Shown here piece by piece: positions 40,211-51,827 of a DNA stretch of 64,000 nucleotides. The stretch spans positions 1,176,520 to 1,240,519 of the forward strand of contig OY970208.1 in the NCBI GenBank assembly GCA_963713865.1, in the 5' to 3' direction. The first letter of the stretch is position 1. Each line of letters opens with the position of its first letter. The DNA is from an uncultured candidate division Zixibacteria bacterium (lineage in GTDB: Bacteria; Zixibacteria; MSB-5A5; RBG-16-43-9). The notes below the pieces were generated by a model that ran no database searches, was not told the origin of the DNA, and worked only from the letters and a program-made list of their open reading frames with translations. A program made the position numbers and the translations under genes.

Positions 40211-41921
40211 CTATTTCTTAAACGCCCAAGGGAAATTGCACCAGGGTGGTTTTATAACCCAGCATTGTGAGGTCTTGAGATCCCGAGCCTTAACTTCTGT
40301 CACATTCATGGACCTGGGCTCAAGCTTCACTTCGTTAATGTAGACTTCATATTTTTTACCTTTGGTCAGTGCAGGTTTTTCCAGATATTTTTGAAGTTCC
40401 CTCACTTCAGCCCTGTCCTCAGAGATCTGCCAGAATTTCCCCTTACTTTTGACCACCACATCTTTCTCATTTATCCAGTTCGGCTCAATCCCTCTTCCTA
40501 AAGTAAAGTAGGTGAATTTTCTTTTATCGAGGTCGGCTTCTACCAATGAACCGTTGCTGATGAATAGAACAGTTTTATCATCCTGCAGCCACTGAGGATT
40601 CAATCCGCCATTAAAAGTGAGCTGATATAGTTTTTCCGTCTCAGTATTTAAGGTCCAGATATTATTCCCCTTAGTGAAAGCTAATATATGACCATCCCCA
40701 GAACAAACTTAAGTGAGCAGAAGGCTCTGAGTGATTAATTATGAATCTACACTCCTTATTTTTAAAATCATAGACTTTAAGATCTGAGAAATTTTCATCC
40801 GATGTTATCCGACCATCTCCATTCCGGTCCCCCCCCAATGACGAGATAAAAAAGATTTTACTTTGATCGATCGTAATCACCGCTTCGCTGATGGGAATCG
40901 AGTCGAGAAAGAGAGGGACATATGAGGAATCGGAGAGATCGTAAATCCAGAGTTCGTTAGGTCCCTTAATTAAGAGTCTACGGCTATCGCTTAACCAGCT
41001 CACCTTTACCTGAGAGATTGAGCCATCCAGTAGAATATAGTCAGTTTTCTTCAAAGGTTTCTCTTCTCCAAACCAAAGTTTCTTAGTAAGCTCATCTGAA
41101 GCCCAGTTAGGTATATCCTTGACTTCACAGATGACTATTTTCTGCGGACGTTGTCTATGATCCTTATAGTATGGAGATCCCAACCTTATCTTATACTGAT
41201 CTGTATATTGATATAACATTTTCTGCTTGTCCGGACTCATGAGTGGATTAGTGCAAGATTCATTGGGATAACCTGATACAAGTAATTCCCCCTCTCTGGT
41301 TAAATAGTTATAGCTCAATAGCTCATTATCTTTTTCGAAGATAATGGTGCTGTCATCGATCCATTGGATCCCTTTCCAGAAATTTCCTAAATTAGGATCA
41401 AAGACTCTTTCCTCTAAAGACTCAATACCCAAAATAGAATACTTCCTTTCCCAGTTAATCCCAATAGCTCTAGCGAAGAAAAACTTCTTACTGCTCAGTG
41501 ACCAAGAGATTTGTTCTACGGAACCGTACCTTCCATCCAGATTATCGTCTGGGAAACGATTGAAGATTTGGCGTGGAGTTGACCTTTTGTCTAAGTCCAG
41601 CAGATACATTCCATAATAGGTCTGTAAAAGCACTTTGGATTTGTCCGGGGAAAGATAGAAATGGTCAGCATAAAAGGTTAATGGTCTTAGATTGGGACCT
41701 TTGATATCGGCTAAGAAGATATCATTTCCCCTTAAAGAATCGTACTCCGCTTCCATACCAGTATTCCAATCCCGACATTCAAAAGCAATCTGTCTTTCAT
41801 CTGGAGACAGCGCAGGATTACTATAAATGGCGAGTTCATTCTCAAACCCCTGGAGAGGCTGTCTCAGCCAGAAAATTGCCGCAACTAAAAAGCAAAAAAT
41901 AAACCATTTTCGCATTTTCAT
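40211..41921 (-). pseudogene. Periplasmic beta-propeller (TolB/PD40-like) protein, interrupted by a frameshift near 40670-40700
   Basis: Signal peptide at 41921; downstream frame reads SGDGHILAFTKGNNIWTLNTETEKLYQLT (PD40-like) with no start of its own. Confidence 0.5.
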
Positions 41922-42389
41922 ATCAAGAAAGCTTATGAATCTTCAAAAGTATAGCAAGTAATTATTTATTTGTCAACATAAATTACCAAGTGGTTAAATT
42001 GGAGTGTCAAGCTTTAACTTTACAATTTAATAGTAGAAAATTTGCATTAAGATTCACCTTTGGGTCAGGGGACCCAACGGGTTCAATATGGGTAAATAAC
42101 ACTGTTCTGTCCCTACAGGAAGTAGTGGCTCAATCCGCTAGATACGGATGAACCCCTATCTTCCTGATGGTAAGGCGGGATTACGAACTGTCAACTGAGC
42201 GCAGTAAAGCATTCCATCCGCCTGAGGCAGATTCGATTGTCCCCATAGGGACTTCCCCAGAATGGAAAATGGAGCAGGTGTGTGTCGCGCTACTTTTTTT
42301 TGGCTCTACCCAAACACCATAGCGGAATGGTTCCATCCCCAACTAACAAACTCTAAACTCATCCCGCTAAAGGCGGGAATTCGCTTCGC

Positions 42390-44603
42390 TCAGCAGGGAG
42401 GGGGTCCACCTTTGAAAAGGTAGTTTATGAGATAGACTATATCTGCGATGCTTATAGTTCCATCACAGTTAGTATTGGCTTTGTCCAGGGGTGAAGGTGC
42501 AGGTCCTCCTTTAAAAAGATAGTTAATTATATAGACAACATCTGCGACTGATATCTTAGAGTCACCATTAGCATCCCCTCTTAAGAAAGTTGCACCGGGC
42601 TGGATAGTTAAAGTTAAATTCTGGGTATCACTTTTCTGAGGAGCGCTGGAATCTTTTACTAAAACGGTGAAGGTGGAAGTCCCGGTATCTAAAGCTGTTC
42701 CTGAAATTATACCAGTTAAGGAATCAAGGATTAAACTATCAGGAAGAGTTCCGCTTGAAATCTCCCAATAATAAGGTGAGGTTCCACCCTTAGCTATCAG
42801 AGTATCAATATAAATATAAGGTTTGAACCCATCCGATAATGTAGTGGATACGATATTAAGACCATAACTCACAGTACTTGAGTATTTTAAAATCCATTTA
42901 TCTTTGTCTAAAGCTAAAGCAGTTGGCTGGGAAGATAGATCGAACTGGAAATCCTGGCTCCTCTGGTTGTTAAAAACTACAAAGGTGGTATTGCTCTGTG
43001 CTGTGGTGATGGTTACATCTATGGGCATAGTGAAGATTTGAGGTGGAGTGGTCTGAATTTGATCGATATGCAGGTAAACCCGATAAGTCCCGTCAAGGTT
43101 CTCATACATCCAGGAGACCCGGTAGTTAGGTCGATATGTTCCGTAAATCCACTCCTGGAAAAACCAGTCCAGATCCATTCCGGAAACCGATTCGCATACC
43201 TCCTGGAAATCCTCAGTTAAGGCACTTTTATTAGCAAATCTCGGATCTGCATAATAGGACCTGAGAATGTCAAAAAAGGTTGAATCTCCAACTACATGTC
43301 TTAACATATGCAATACCCAGCCGCCTTTGTCATAGACCAAACCGCTGAATATCTCATAGACATCAGTGGTATCCTGGACATAGATAGTACCTCCACCAGC
43401 ATATTCCAAGTTGTTCATATAAGAGTGGTAGTAACTTGTTCCATAGATATTCTCATAATACAAAGCCTCACAATAGGTGGCAAAACCTTCATTTAGCCAG
43501 ATATGGTGCCAGCTCCCGCAGGTGATATAATCCCCCCACCACTGGTGAGACAACTCATGCACTATAACGTAAGAGTCATACCAGGAATAAAGGAGAGAAG
43601 TACAGGTCTGGTGTTCCATGCCACCACCCCAGGGGAAATGTGCCATTCCGTACTTTTCTGTCACAAAAGGGTATTCTCCAAAGGTCTGGGCAAAAAATTC
43701 GATTGCTCCAACTGTTATTCCATAATTTGCCACTGCCTCTGAATAATATTCCGGATAGACAAAATATCTTACCTCCATTGAATCAGTAGGGGAATAATGA
43801 TAATAATCTGAAAAAATCTGATAATTGGTGATAGCAACTGAGACAAGATAGGTAGTGATGGGGTAGCTTTCATGCCATTTATAAGTCTTGGTTTCATCTC
43901 CGTTGTCTATGACTGTCCTTAACACACCATTAGAAGCTACTATCAGGTTAGAAGGGATGGTTACATTGATATCTGCAGAGTCAGCCTTATCAGAGGGATG
44001 GTCTTTACAGGGCCACCAGGTTCGGGCAAAATAGGGCTCGCTCAAAGAGGAGATAATGGGCATAGACGGACTCCCATGATAGCTGAAATCGAAAGCCTGA
44101 AACCCACCTTCGACTGGATGTCCATGATAATAGACAGTTAAAAGAAAGCTCTCGTCTAAGGTATAGGTTCTATCAAGGGTGATATTGATTAAATCTGCGG
44201 AATGAGTATAGGAAAGATTGGTTGTCTCCATCTTTATAGAGTCAACCGTCATATTGTCATACAAATCTAGAGCTACTGTATTCAAGTTTGTTACCTTACT
44301 TTTAGCCTGCATGGTCACTGCTCCGTAGATTATCTCTGTGGCAACATTGATCTTTAAATCCAGCCCGTAGTAGATTGCATCAAAGTCCCCCTGACTGGCA
44401 AGAACTTTAGAACTATAAGCCTCACGCACTTTAGCCAAGGTCCTGGCTTTGCCTTCAGCCAATATCCTGTGACCTTCACTTGGGGGGATGGAAAAGACCG
44501 GCTCTGGTTGGGAAGCAGGTTTCTGTTGAGAAAAGCCAAAACTAAAAGGGGATAATAAAAAAATAATCAGCGATAAAAGAAAAATATTTTTAGACACGGG
44601 CAC
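42390..44603 (-). CDS. M1-family zinc aminopeptidase with C-terminal Ig-like and dockerin domains
   Basis: [10 protein letters not shown]...WLNEGFATY (HExxH-x18-E); two dockerin repeats [24 protein letters not shown] and [24 protein letters not shown]; signal peptide. Confidence 0.85.
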   Translation of the reverse strand: MPVSKNIFLLSLIIFLLSPFSFGFSQQKPASQPEPVFSIPPSEGHRILAEGKARTLAKVREAYSSKVLASQGDFDAIYYGLDLKINVATEIIYGAVTMQAKSKVTNLNTVALDLYDNMTVDSIKMETTNLSYTHSADLINITLDRTYTLDESFLLTVYYHGHPVEGGFQAFDFSYHGSPSMPIISSLSEPYFARTWWPCKDHPSDKADSADINVTIPSNLIVASNGVLRTVIDNGDETKTYKWHESYPITTYLVSVAITNYQIFSDYYHYSPTDSMEVRYFVYPEYYSEAVANYGITVGAIEFFAQTFGEYPFVTEKYGMAHFPWGGGMEHQTCTSLLYSWYDSYVIVHELSHQWWGDYITCGSWHHIWLNEGFATYCEALYYENIYGTSYYHSYMNNLEYAGGGTIYVQDTTDVYEIFSGLVYDKGGWVLHMLRHVVGDSTFFDILRSYYADPRFANKSALTEDFQEVCESVSGMDLDWFFQEWIYGTYRPNYRVSWMYENLDGTYRVYLHIDQIQTTPPQIFTMPIDVTITTAQSNTTFVVFNNQRSQDFQFDLSSQPTALALDKDKWILKYSSTVSYGLNIVSTTLSDGFKPYIYIDTLIAKGGTSPYYWEISSGTLPDSLILDSLTGIISGTALDTGTSTFTVLVKDSSAPQKSDTQNLTLTIQPGATFLRGDANGDSKISVADVVYIINYLFKGGPAPSPLDKANTNCDGTISIADIVYLINYLFKGGPPPC

Positions 44604-45026
44604 CTCATTTTTTGAAGTTTTTATTAAGGTTTCAATTTTATCTTCGGGGTTTTCTTGTAAAGATTAACGAAAAAAGAAAATGTCAATTCTTATTAATATA
44701 CGATAACAATTTTTAAACTGTAAAAAAGCAAAACATCTTTTCAATTTATTATTGTTTTCTAAAGTCCTATCAGGTCATAAACCTGACAGGAGAAACTGTG
44801 TCAGGAATAGTTCCTGACACAACTTGAATAGTAGGTAAAGGCTTTGATTTTAAGTTATTTTTTATAACGCGTGGCCGAGCCTTTAGGGTTTGGCAAAGGT
44901 CTGAAACCTCTGCTACGCGACTATATATATCCGCAAGCTGAAGCTTGCGACTACCTCTTCAATAAAAAGAGAAATTTCTTGTCTTTTTAATTGACTATAT
45001 ATATTATATTAGAATTGGAGTGAGAT

Positions 45027-45563
45027 ATGAGATTTCCGGGGAAAATATATTTTATATTTTTGTTCATATTTATATTTACCAGATTCTCTTATGCTCAAGA
45101 GAAGAAGGTGTTGCCAGAAATAGCTCAGACCGATTCAGCTCAAGCTATGGTGTTTAAGAGTAAATCCCCTATGGGAGCACTTCTACGGTCGGTGGCTTTC
45201 CCGGGCTGGGGACAGTTTTATAACAAGAAATATCTTAAAGCCGGACTTGCATTCGGAGCTGAGACAACATTTTTAACCCTGATGGCTATCGAATGGAAAA
45301 GGATGGATGATCACAAAAAACTTTTTGATTCTATGTCCCAGAACCATCCGGATAAATCCTGGGAGTACGAGCAGTATAAATTTTACCAGGATAGAAAAAA
45401 TCTTTTTCTCTGGTCGGCCATAGCCACAATTTTTGTAAGTATGTTCGATGCCTATGTGGATGCCCATCTTTATGATTTCGATAAGGAGATGGAGAGGATC
45501 GGATTTGAAATCTATCCGGATTCGGGAAACAAGTTAAGCTTTAAACTTAGTTTAAAGCTTTGA
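45027..45563 (+). CDS. Secreted/membrane protein, DUF5683-like
   Basis: Signal peptide; FPGWGQFYNKKYLK motif. Confidence 0.4.
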   Translation: MRFPGKIYFIFLFIFIFTRFSYAQEKKVLPEIAQTDSAQAMVFKSKSPMGALLRSVAFPGWGQFYNKKYLKAGLAFGAETTFLTLMAIEWKRMDDHKKLFDSMSQNHPDKSWEYEQYKFYQDRKNLFLWSAIATIFVSMFDAYVDAHLYDFDKEMERIGFEIYPDSGNKLSFKLSLKL

Positions 45564-45612
45564 AAAATATAAACGGAACTAATTTTATCTACCGAATAGA
45601 AGGAGAAAAGAA

Positions 45613-46539
45613 ATGGAAGAGTTCGATTTAGGAATTGCCTGGTGCTGGGAATATGACCGGGAGCTGGTATTCGAGTTAGAGGACTATATTCATCGGAAAG
45701 GGCTTACTATTTACCAGATAGCACCCTATAATTTAGAGGAGACTTTAAATAGGCTTAACTCTAACCAGCTAAAGTTCAAACTTTTTCTGGACCGGGCTTC
45801 AGACCAGAACGAAGAATTTGAGAGGCTGGTTCAATTTATCAAGACTTCCGGGATAAAAATGCTGAACGATTTTGATAAAGCCTTATGGTCTTCAGACAAA
45901 GCCACTATGCACCTGGAGTTTCTCTCTTCCGGGATCGAGGTTCCCTATACCATTATCCTTTCTCCTTATGAAGAGGAGCCGGATTTAAGAATAGAGAACT
46001 TAGAGAAGGTGGGAATACCCTTTGTTCTAAAGCCTGCCCGGGGTGGAAGCAGTGAAGGGGTGGTTATGGATGCTAAGGGGGTTGAGGATATCAGAAAAGC
46101 CCGGGAGGAGTTCTGGGACGATAAATATCTGATTCAGCAAAAGATCGACCCGGTAAATATCTCAGGAAAAAGGTGCTGGTTCCGGATCTTCTATTCTTGT
46201 GGAGAAGTATTTCCCTGTTTCTGGGATGATCTGACCAAGCTTTCTGAAATACTCATCCCTGCACAGATTGGTGAAAAGGTTTATAAAGGTGTAGATGAAT
46301 TAACTAAAAAGATTTCCCAGGTTTGTGGATTAGACCTTTTCTCTACAGAGATTGCCCTTACGGAAAATTATAAGCTAATAGTGGTTGACTACGTGAACGA
46401 CCAGTGCGACTTGAGAAAAAAATCCTTACATTATGATGGTATCCCGGATGAGGTAGTGCAAAAGGTGCTTTGCTCTCTGGTTGAGTATGTTTATTCTTAT
46501 GTTGGAACCGGTCTGAGAGAGGATCTAAAAAGCTTTTGA
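45613..46539 (+). CDS. ATP-grasp domain protein
   Basis: FVLKPARGGSSEGV, LIQQKID, LIVVDYVND resemble ATP-grasp core motifs. Confidence 0.5.
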   Translation: MEEFDLGIAWCWEYDRELVFELEDYIHRKGLTIYQIAPYNLEETLNRLNSNQLKFKLFLDRASDQNEEFERLVQFIKTSGIKMLNDFDKALWSSDKATMHLEFLSSGIEVPYTIILSPYEEEPDLRIENLEKVGIPFVLKPARGGSSEGVVMDAKGVEDIRKAREEFWDDKYLIQQKIDPVNISGKRCWFRIFYSCGEVFPCFWDDLTKLSEILIPAQIGEKVYKGVDELTKKISQVCGLDLFSTEIALTENYKLIVVDYVNDQCDLRKKSLHYDGIPDEVVQKVLCSLVEYVYSYVGTGLREDLKSF

Positions 46540-46607
46540 GGATAACAGAAAGGTTTCTCATGTGGTCGTCCACAGGACGAAAAACTTAACTGAAAGAAAC
46601 TTAAGAT

Positions 46608-47318
46608 ATGGATGATATACTCAAGCAGGAAATGGCGTCATATTACGATGAGAGAGCACGAGAATATGATGAAATCTATCTCGGAAAGGGTCCTGCAATT
46701 CCTGATCCTATTGCTTATAAAAAAGATGTGAAAAGAATTGGTGAAATTGTGTCATCCTTTGGAAGGGGACATTTAATCGATATAGGATGCGCGACTGGAT
46801 TCTGGTTACCCTATTATGCGCGAAATTGTTCACAAATAACATTAATCGATCAATCTGAAAAGATGCTTTCAGAATGTAAAAGAAGAGTTGATGAACTGGG
46901 AGTAAAAAGCAAGTGTCATTTTGTTCAAGGAGACTTTTTTGAAATTGGCTTTGAAAACTGCTTATTTGAGAGTGCCCTTGTAGGATTCCTTATAAGCCAT
47001 CTCACCTTAGAACAAGAGCAGTTATTTTTTGGAAAACTTAAAAAGATTCTCAAGCCCAATGGACAGTTAATACTTATCGACTCTACGTGGAGCAGTAAAC
47101 GGCAAGAATATCGTAAAAAAGAAGGTATGCAAGAACGGGTCTTGAATGACGGTCGTATATTTACTATATACAAGAGATATTTCGATAAATCCGATATCGA
47201 GGGAATATTCAAGAAGTATGGTTTTAAGTTACAATCATATTATATAGGCGACCTGATGCTGGCGGTAATAGGAGAAACAGAATCAAGGGAGATTTCATGT
47301 GGTCGTTGGGTCCCCTGA
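46608..47318 (+). CDS. Class I SAM-dependent methyltransferase
   Basis: LIDIGCATGFW motif I; flanked by direct repeats TCATGTGGTCGT plus hairpin at 46558-46580 and 47295-47326. Confidence 0.75.
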   Translation: MDDILKQEMASYYDERAREYDEIYLGKGPAIPDPIAYKKDVKRIGEIVSSFGRGHLIDIGCATGFWLPYYARNCSQITLIDQSEKMLSECKRRVDELGVKSKCHFVQGDFFEIGFENCLFESALVGFLISHLTLEQEQLFFGKLKKILKPNGQLILIDSTWSSKRQEYRKKEGMQERVLNDGRIFTIYKRYFDKSDIEGIFKKYGFKLQSYYIGDLMLAVIGETESREISCGRWVP

Positions 47319-47362
47319 CCCGACGATAAATTAATTTATCTGAACTTGCCAGATAGAGGGAC

Positions 47363-47929
47363 TTGTCAAGTACTAAAAGGAGTAACCAGTTGAGCACATT
47401 TATATTAATAATAGTAGCAATTATTGTAGTTGTAGTCATTTATATACGTTTTAATTACTACAATGCCACCAAGGGTATGATTAGAGCTAACTTAAATGCT
47501 TTCTTCTCTGCAAAATACCAGAGTATGAATTCAGAGGATGCACTAAATATTATGATTTCAACAAGATATAGCGTGTTTCCGCAGAAAAGAGGTGAATTTA
47601 TAACATTGTATGCAATGTTTCTATCTTACCTTGAGAATCCTGAAACTGTTGTTAAAGATATCCCAGATGCTCTTGGTGTTTTATGTGTAGTCCTCTCCTC
47701 TTTTGACCTACATCATGAGACTCCAGAAAATATAGATGAGAGAGAAAAAGAAGAGTTAGAAATGCTTAGACGAGTTATTTCTCTAATGCATATATACGAA
47801 GCTGGTGCTGTATTTAAATCACCGAGATCCTTTAGTTCTCCAACACTCAAATTTCTTGATAACTTTATTTACCATATAGACAAAGAGTATTATAATAGAA
47901 TCGGAAAAGCTTTATCTAAGATAGAATAG
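47363..47929 (+). CDS. Membrane-anchored hypothetical protein
   Basis: N-terminal TM helix; no recognisable domain. Confidence 0.4.
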   Translation: MSSTKRSNQLSTFILIIVAIIVVVVIYIRFNYYNATKGMIRANLNAFFSAKYQSMNSEDALNIMISTRYSVFPQKRGEFITLYAMFLSYLENPETVVKDIPDALGVLCVVLSSFDLHHETPENIDEREKEELEMLRRVISLMHIYEAGAVFKSPRSFSSPTLKFLDNFIYHIDKEYYNRIGKALSKIE

Positions 47930-48014
47930 AAGTTTTTATAAAAGCGATATTACCCTTCACGTGGTCCAATGTATTAGAAAATGGTTCAAGTAGAATCTAA
48001 AGAGGTTATAAAGA

Positions 48015-49356
48015 ATGCAAGAAAAACTTCTGAAAAGTATCTCCGGGATTAGAGGGATAGTTGGAAAAACCCTTACGCCAGAACAAGGTTTTAAAATATT
48101 CTTCTGCCTTTGGAAACTATTGTAAGGGAGGAAGGATTGTATTAGGCAGGGATACCCGTAAATCCGGAGAAATTTTCAAGAATAGTGTGTTGGATGGACT
48201 TTTTTCTGCTGGCTGTGAAGTGATAAATTTAGGGATTTGTCCAACCCCGACTGTGGGGATGGCAGTTAAAGGTCTGAAGGCTAAAGGTGGGATAATGATT
48301 ACTGCCAGCCATAATCCTGCAGAGTGGAATGGTTTAAAATTTTTCAATGCAAAAGGGGTTTTCTTAGATGAAAAAGAGGGTAAAAAGTTCTTTTCTTTAG
48401 CGGAGAAGGAGATAAAATATTCAGAGCGAAAAAAGTCAGGTAAAGTTCATTCAGATAATAGGTGGATTGAGAAACATATCCAGAGGATTTTAGGGTTATC
48501 CTATATAGACAAGAACAAGATTAAGAAGAAAGGATTCAAAGTTGTGCTTGACTGTAATAACGGTGCTGGTGCAAAGATTGCTCCTTTGCTTCTCAGGGAA
48601 TTAGGATGTCAGGTGATTGAGTTAAATTGTGGTTTAAGCGGAGAGTTCGTTCATTCACCAGAACCTGTGCCGGAGAATTTGGCTTTGCTCTGTAAAAAAG
48701 TAAAAAAGACTAAAGCAGATTTGGGTTTTGCCTTAGATCCGGATGCGGATAGATTGGCTATAGTCTCAGAGAAAGGGGTTCCTCTGGGCGAGGAATATAC
48801 CCTGGCTTTATGTGTGGATTTTGTTTTGAGTAAAAAACTTTCGGACGTGGCAGTGAATAATTCTACTTCTATGGTTATGGAAGATATTGTCAGAAAATAC
48901 GGGGTTGAAGTTTTCCGCAGTAAAGTAGGTGAGATATATGTAGTCTCACTCTTGAAGAAGATTAAAGGGGTAATTGGAGGAGAAGGGAATGGGGGGGTAA
49001 TTCTGCCAGAAAATCATTATGGCAGGGATGCGCAGGTGGGTATGGCTCTGATTCTGCAGTATTTAACTGAATCCGGCAAAAAGATAAGCCAGCTAAAGCA
49101 GAGCTTGCCTCAATATTTCATACAAAAAGATAAGTTAAAGCTTTCGAGTAATTTTGATAATAAATTAAAAATATATCTAAGAAAGTTCAAACAGTCAGAG
49201 ATAAATTATTTAGATGGAGTGAAAGTAAAGCTCGAAAATTCCTGGATCAGTATCCGTAAGTCAAATACTGAACCGATCATCAGAATTATGGCAGAAGCTA
49301 CTATCAGAGAAGAAATAGAAAAACTGGTGCTTGAGGCTAAACGGGAATTAAGTTAA
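48015..49356 (+). pseudogene. Phosphohexomutase (phosphoglucosamine/phosphomanno-mutase family), frameshift near 48090-48131
   Basis: ATG at 48015 encodes MQEKLLKSISGIRGIVGKTLTPEQG then stops; main ORF (48061-49356) carries TASHNPAEWNG active-site Ser. Confidence 0.75.
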
Positions 49357-49376
49357 ATTACTATTAAAAATCTGCT

Positions 49377-50054
49377 TCATCTGCCTTTTTCTTCTTCGAT
49401 ATGATGTCTGATATCTTTACCCTGCACCAAATAGATAACATCTTCAGCTATATTAGTAGCATGGTCTCCTATTCTCTCTAAATGTCTGGAGACTAAGATT
49501 AATTCCAGAGCCCGGGGTATAGTGGATTGGTCACTGAGCATAAAGGTCAGAAGCTCACGAAAAATCTGGTCTTTTAATCCATCGACTTGATCATCCCGGG
49601 TCAAAATCGAACGAGCTAAGTCTACATCCCTTTTAATGAAAGCATCTAAACTGTCTTTCACCATCTTTTGAGTCAGTTCCGCCATTCGGGGTATGTCGAT
49701 CAAGGGCTTGAGCTGAGGCTGTTTAATCAGAACTTCAGTCCGCTGAATAATATTTACCGCTAAATCCCCAATCCTTTCCAGCTCGCTGTTGATCTTCATA
49801 GCCGAGGTGATAAACCTCAAGTCCGTTGCCATCGGCTGTTTCAGAGCCAAGAGCTTAAGGCAGAGATCGTCGATCTCTATTTGAAGATAGTTAACCTTTT
49901 TCTCGTCCTGATTAACCACTTCGAATAGAGACTCATCTCTTTCCGATAGAGATTTAACCGCCTTGTAGATCATCATTTCAGCCAAGCTGGCCATAGATAG
50001 CAATTTTTCTTTTAGGAGATTTAACTCCTCATCGAAATGTTTGTGAATCGTCAT
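49377..50054 (-). CDS. phoU: Phosphate signalling regulator PhoU
   Basis: Two PhoU repeats (ERIGDLAVNI, ERIGDHATNIAED). Confidence 0.9.
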   Translation of the reverse strand: MTIHKHFDEELNLLKEKLLSMASLAEMMIYKAVKSLSERDESLFEVVNQDEKKVNYLQIEIDDLCLKLLALKQPMATDLRFITSAMKINSELERIGDLAVNIIQRTEVLIKQPQLKPLIDIPRMAELTQKMVKDSLDAFIKRDVDLARSILTRDDQVDGLKDQIFRELLTFMLSDQSTIPRALELILVSRHLERIGDHATNIAEDVIYLVQGKDIRHHIEEEKGR

Positions 50055-50075
50055 TTTCTTCTTCCTTTCAAATTA

Positions 50076-50918
50076 TCATCCAAATCGCCCGGTTACATAA
50101 TCCTCGGTCTTTTTATCTCTGGGATTGGTGAAAATCTTAGAGGTCTGGTCAAACTCCACCAGCTCTCCCAGGAAGAAGAAACCGGTATAATCCGAAATCC
50201 GGGCAGCCTGCTGCATGTTATGGGTCACAATTACAATAGTATAGTTTTTCTTCAAATCTAAAATTAACTCCTCTATCTTTCCAGTAGAAATCGGATCTAA
50301 AGCCGAGGCTGGTTCATCCATTAAGAGAACCTCCGGTTCTACAGCTAAAGCCCGGGCAATGCAGACCCTCTGTTGCTGGCCTCCGGAAAGCTTCAAAGCA
50401 GACTGGTCTAATTTATCTTTGACCTCGTCCCATAAAGCTGCATCTTTCAAAGTCCTCTCCACAGTTTCCTCCAGGATGTTCTGATTACCAATCCCCTGAA
50501 TCCTCAGACCATAAGATACGTTCTCAAAGATTGACTTGGGAAAAGGGTTCGATTTCTGGAAAACCATCCCTACTTTTCTTCTCAATTCCGAGAGCTCGAT
50601 GCCCCTGGAGTAGATATCTACTCCATCCAAAAAAACCTTACCTGAACTGTTAGCTCCCGGAATTAAATCGTTCATCCGGTTCAAGCATCTCAAGAAGGTC
50701 GATTTCCCACAGCCAGAGGGACCAATAAAGGCGGTGATCTGATTCTCCTGAATACCGATGGAGATGTCTTTCAAAGCCTGAGTTTTGCCATAGTAGAAAT
50801 TCAGTTTCTCAACCAAGATTTTGGGAGTAAAGCTCTCTATTTTCTTTCCTGATATCTCAGGAGTTTTAGGTTCGATTTTAGCTTCTGTTTCTTCTCTCAT
50901 TATGCTCTCTTCGTTCAT
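50076..50918 (-). CDS. pstB: Phosphate ABC transporter ATP-binding protein PstB
   Basis: [39 protein letters not shown]. Confidence 0.95.
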   Translation of the reverse strand: MNEESIMREETEAKIEPKTPEISGKKIESFTPKILVEKLNFYYGKTQALKDISIGIQENQITAFIGPSGCGKSTFLRCLNRMNDLIPGANSSGKVFLDGVDIYSRGIELSELRRKVGMVFQKSNPFPKSIFENVSYGLRIQGIGNQNILEETVERTLKDAALWDEVKDKLDQSALKLSGGQQQRVCIARALAVEPEVLLMDEPASALDPISTGKIEELILDLKKNYTIVIVTHNMQQAARISDYTGFFFLGELVEFDQTSKIFTNPRDKKTEDYVTGRFG

Positions 50919-50921
50919 ATT

Positions 50922-51827
50922 TCAAACGTTATGTCTCATCTGTCTTCTTACCTTAGACCTGATAAATATAGCGATGAAATTCAAAAGTAAAGTTAAAATT
51001 AAAAGTACCAGCACAGTTCCGTAAAGGATCGGCTTGGTAGCTTCCACATCAGGAGATTGGGTCGCCATCACGTAGACATGATAACCCAGTTCCATAAACT
51101 GGTCAGTGGGCTTATGCGGCAGGTAGGGTAAAAAGTAAGCCGCACCGGTGAACATTATAGGAGCAACTTCTCCAGCCCCTCGACTGATGGAAAGGATAGC
51201 ACCGGTCAAAACCCCGGGAAGTGCCTGAGGAAGGACTACCCTGCGAATAGTCTGCCACTTGGTTGCACCTAAGGCAAAAGATGCCTCCCGAATTTCCGAG
51301 GGAACTGCTCTCAGGGCTTCCTCTGAAGCAACTACAACTACCGGAAGGTTCAAAAGGGCTAAGGTTAAAGCCGCCCACATAAGACAGGGTTGTCCCCAAA
51401 CCACCTCCAAACCAAAAAACTTATCTATTCCTGCCCCGACAAATTGTATAAAAAATCCTAACCCAAATAACCCGAAGACAATCGAAGGCACACCAGCTAA
51501 GTTGTTCACGGCAAAACGAATTGTTTTAGTCAGAGCAGATTCAGGCTTTGCGTATTCGTGTAAATAGATTGCAGTCATAACCCCAACCGGGAGTACAGCG
51601 ATTATCATTAAAATAACTAAAGCCACAGTCCCGAAAATTGCCGGGAAAATCCCGCCTGCGGTCATCCCTTCACGGGGAGCTTTGGTAATGAAATCCCAGC
51701 TTATGATCTTATGTCCCTGCAGAACTATATTCCCGATAATCACAAACAGGATGGCAAAGATAATCAGGGTCGCAAGTAAGGTTAGACCGGTAAAGAAAGA
51801 ACCGAATAAGTTAATCCTGAGTTTCAT
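50922..51827 (-). CDS. pstA: Phosphate ABC transporter permease PstA
   Basis: Multi-TM permease, position in operon. Confidence 0.85.
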   Translation of the reverse strand: MKLRINLFGSFFTGLTLLATLIIFAILFVIIGNIVLQGHKIISWDFITKAPREGMTAGGIFPAIFGTVALVILMIIAVLPVGVMTAIYLHEYAKPESALTKTIRFAVNNLAGVPSIVFGLFGLGFFIQFVGAGIDKFFGLEVVWGQPCLMWAALTLALLNLPVVVVASEEALRAVPSEIREASFALGATKWQTIRRVVLPQALPGVLTGAILSISRGAGEVAPIMFTGAAYFLPYLPHKPTDQFMELGYHVYVMATQSPDVEATKPILYGTVLVLLILTLLLNFIAIFIRSKVRRQMRHNV

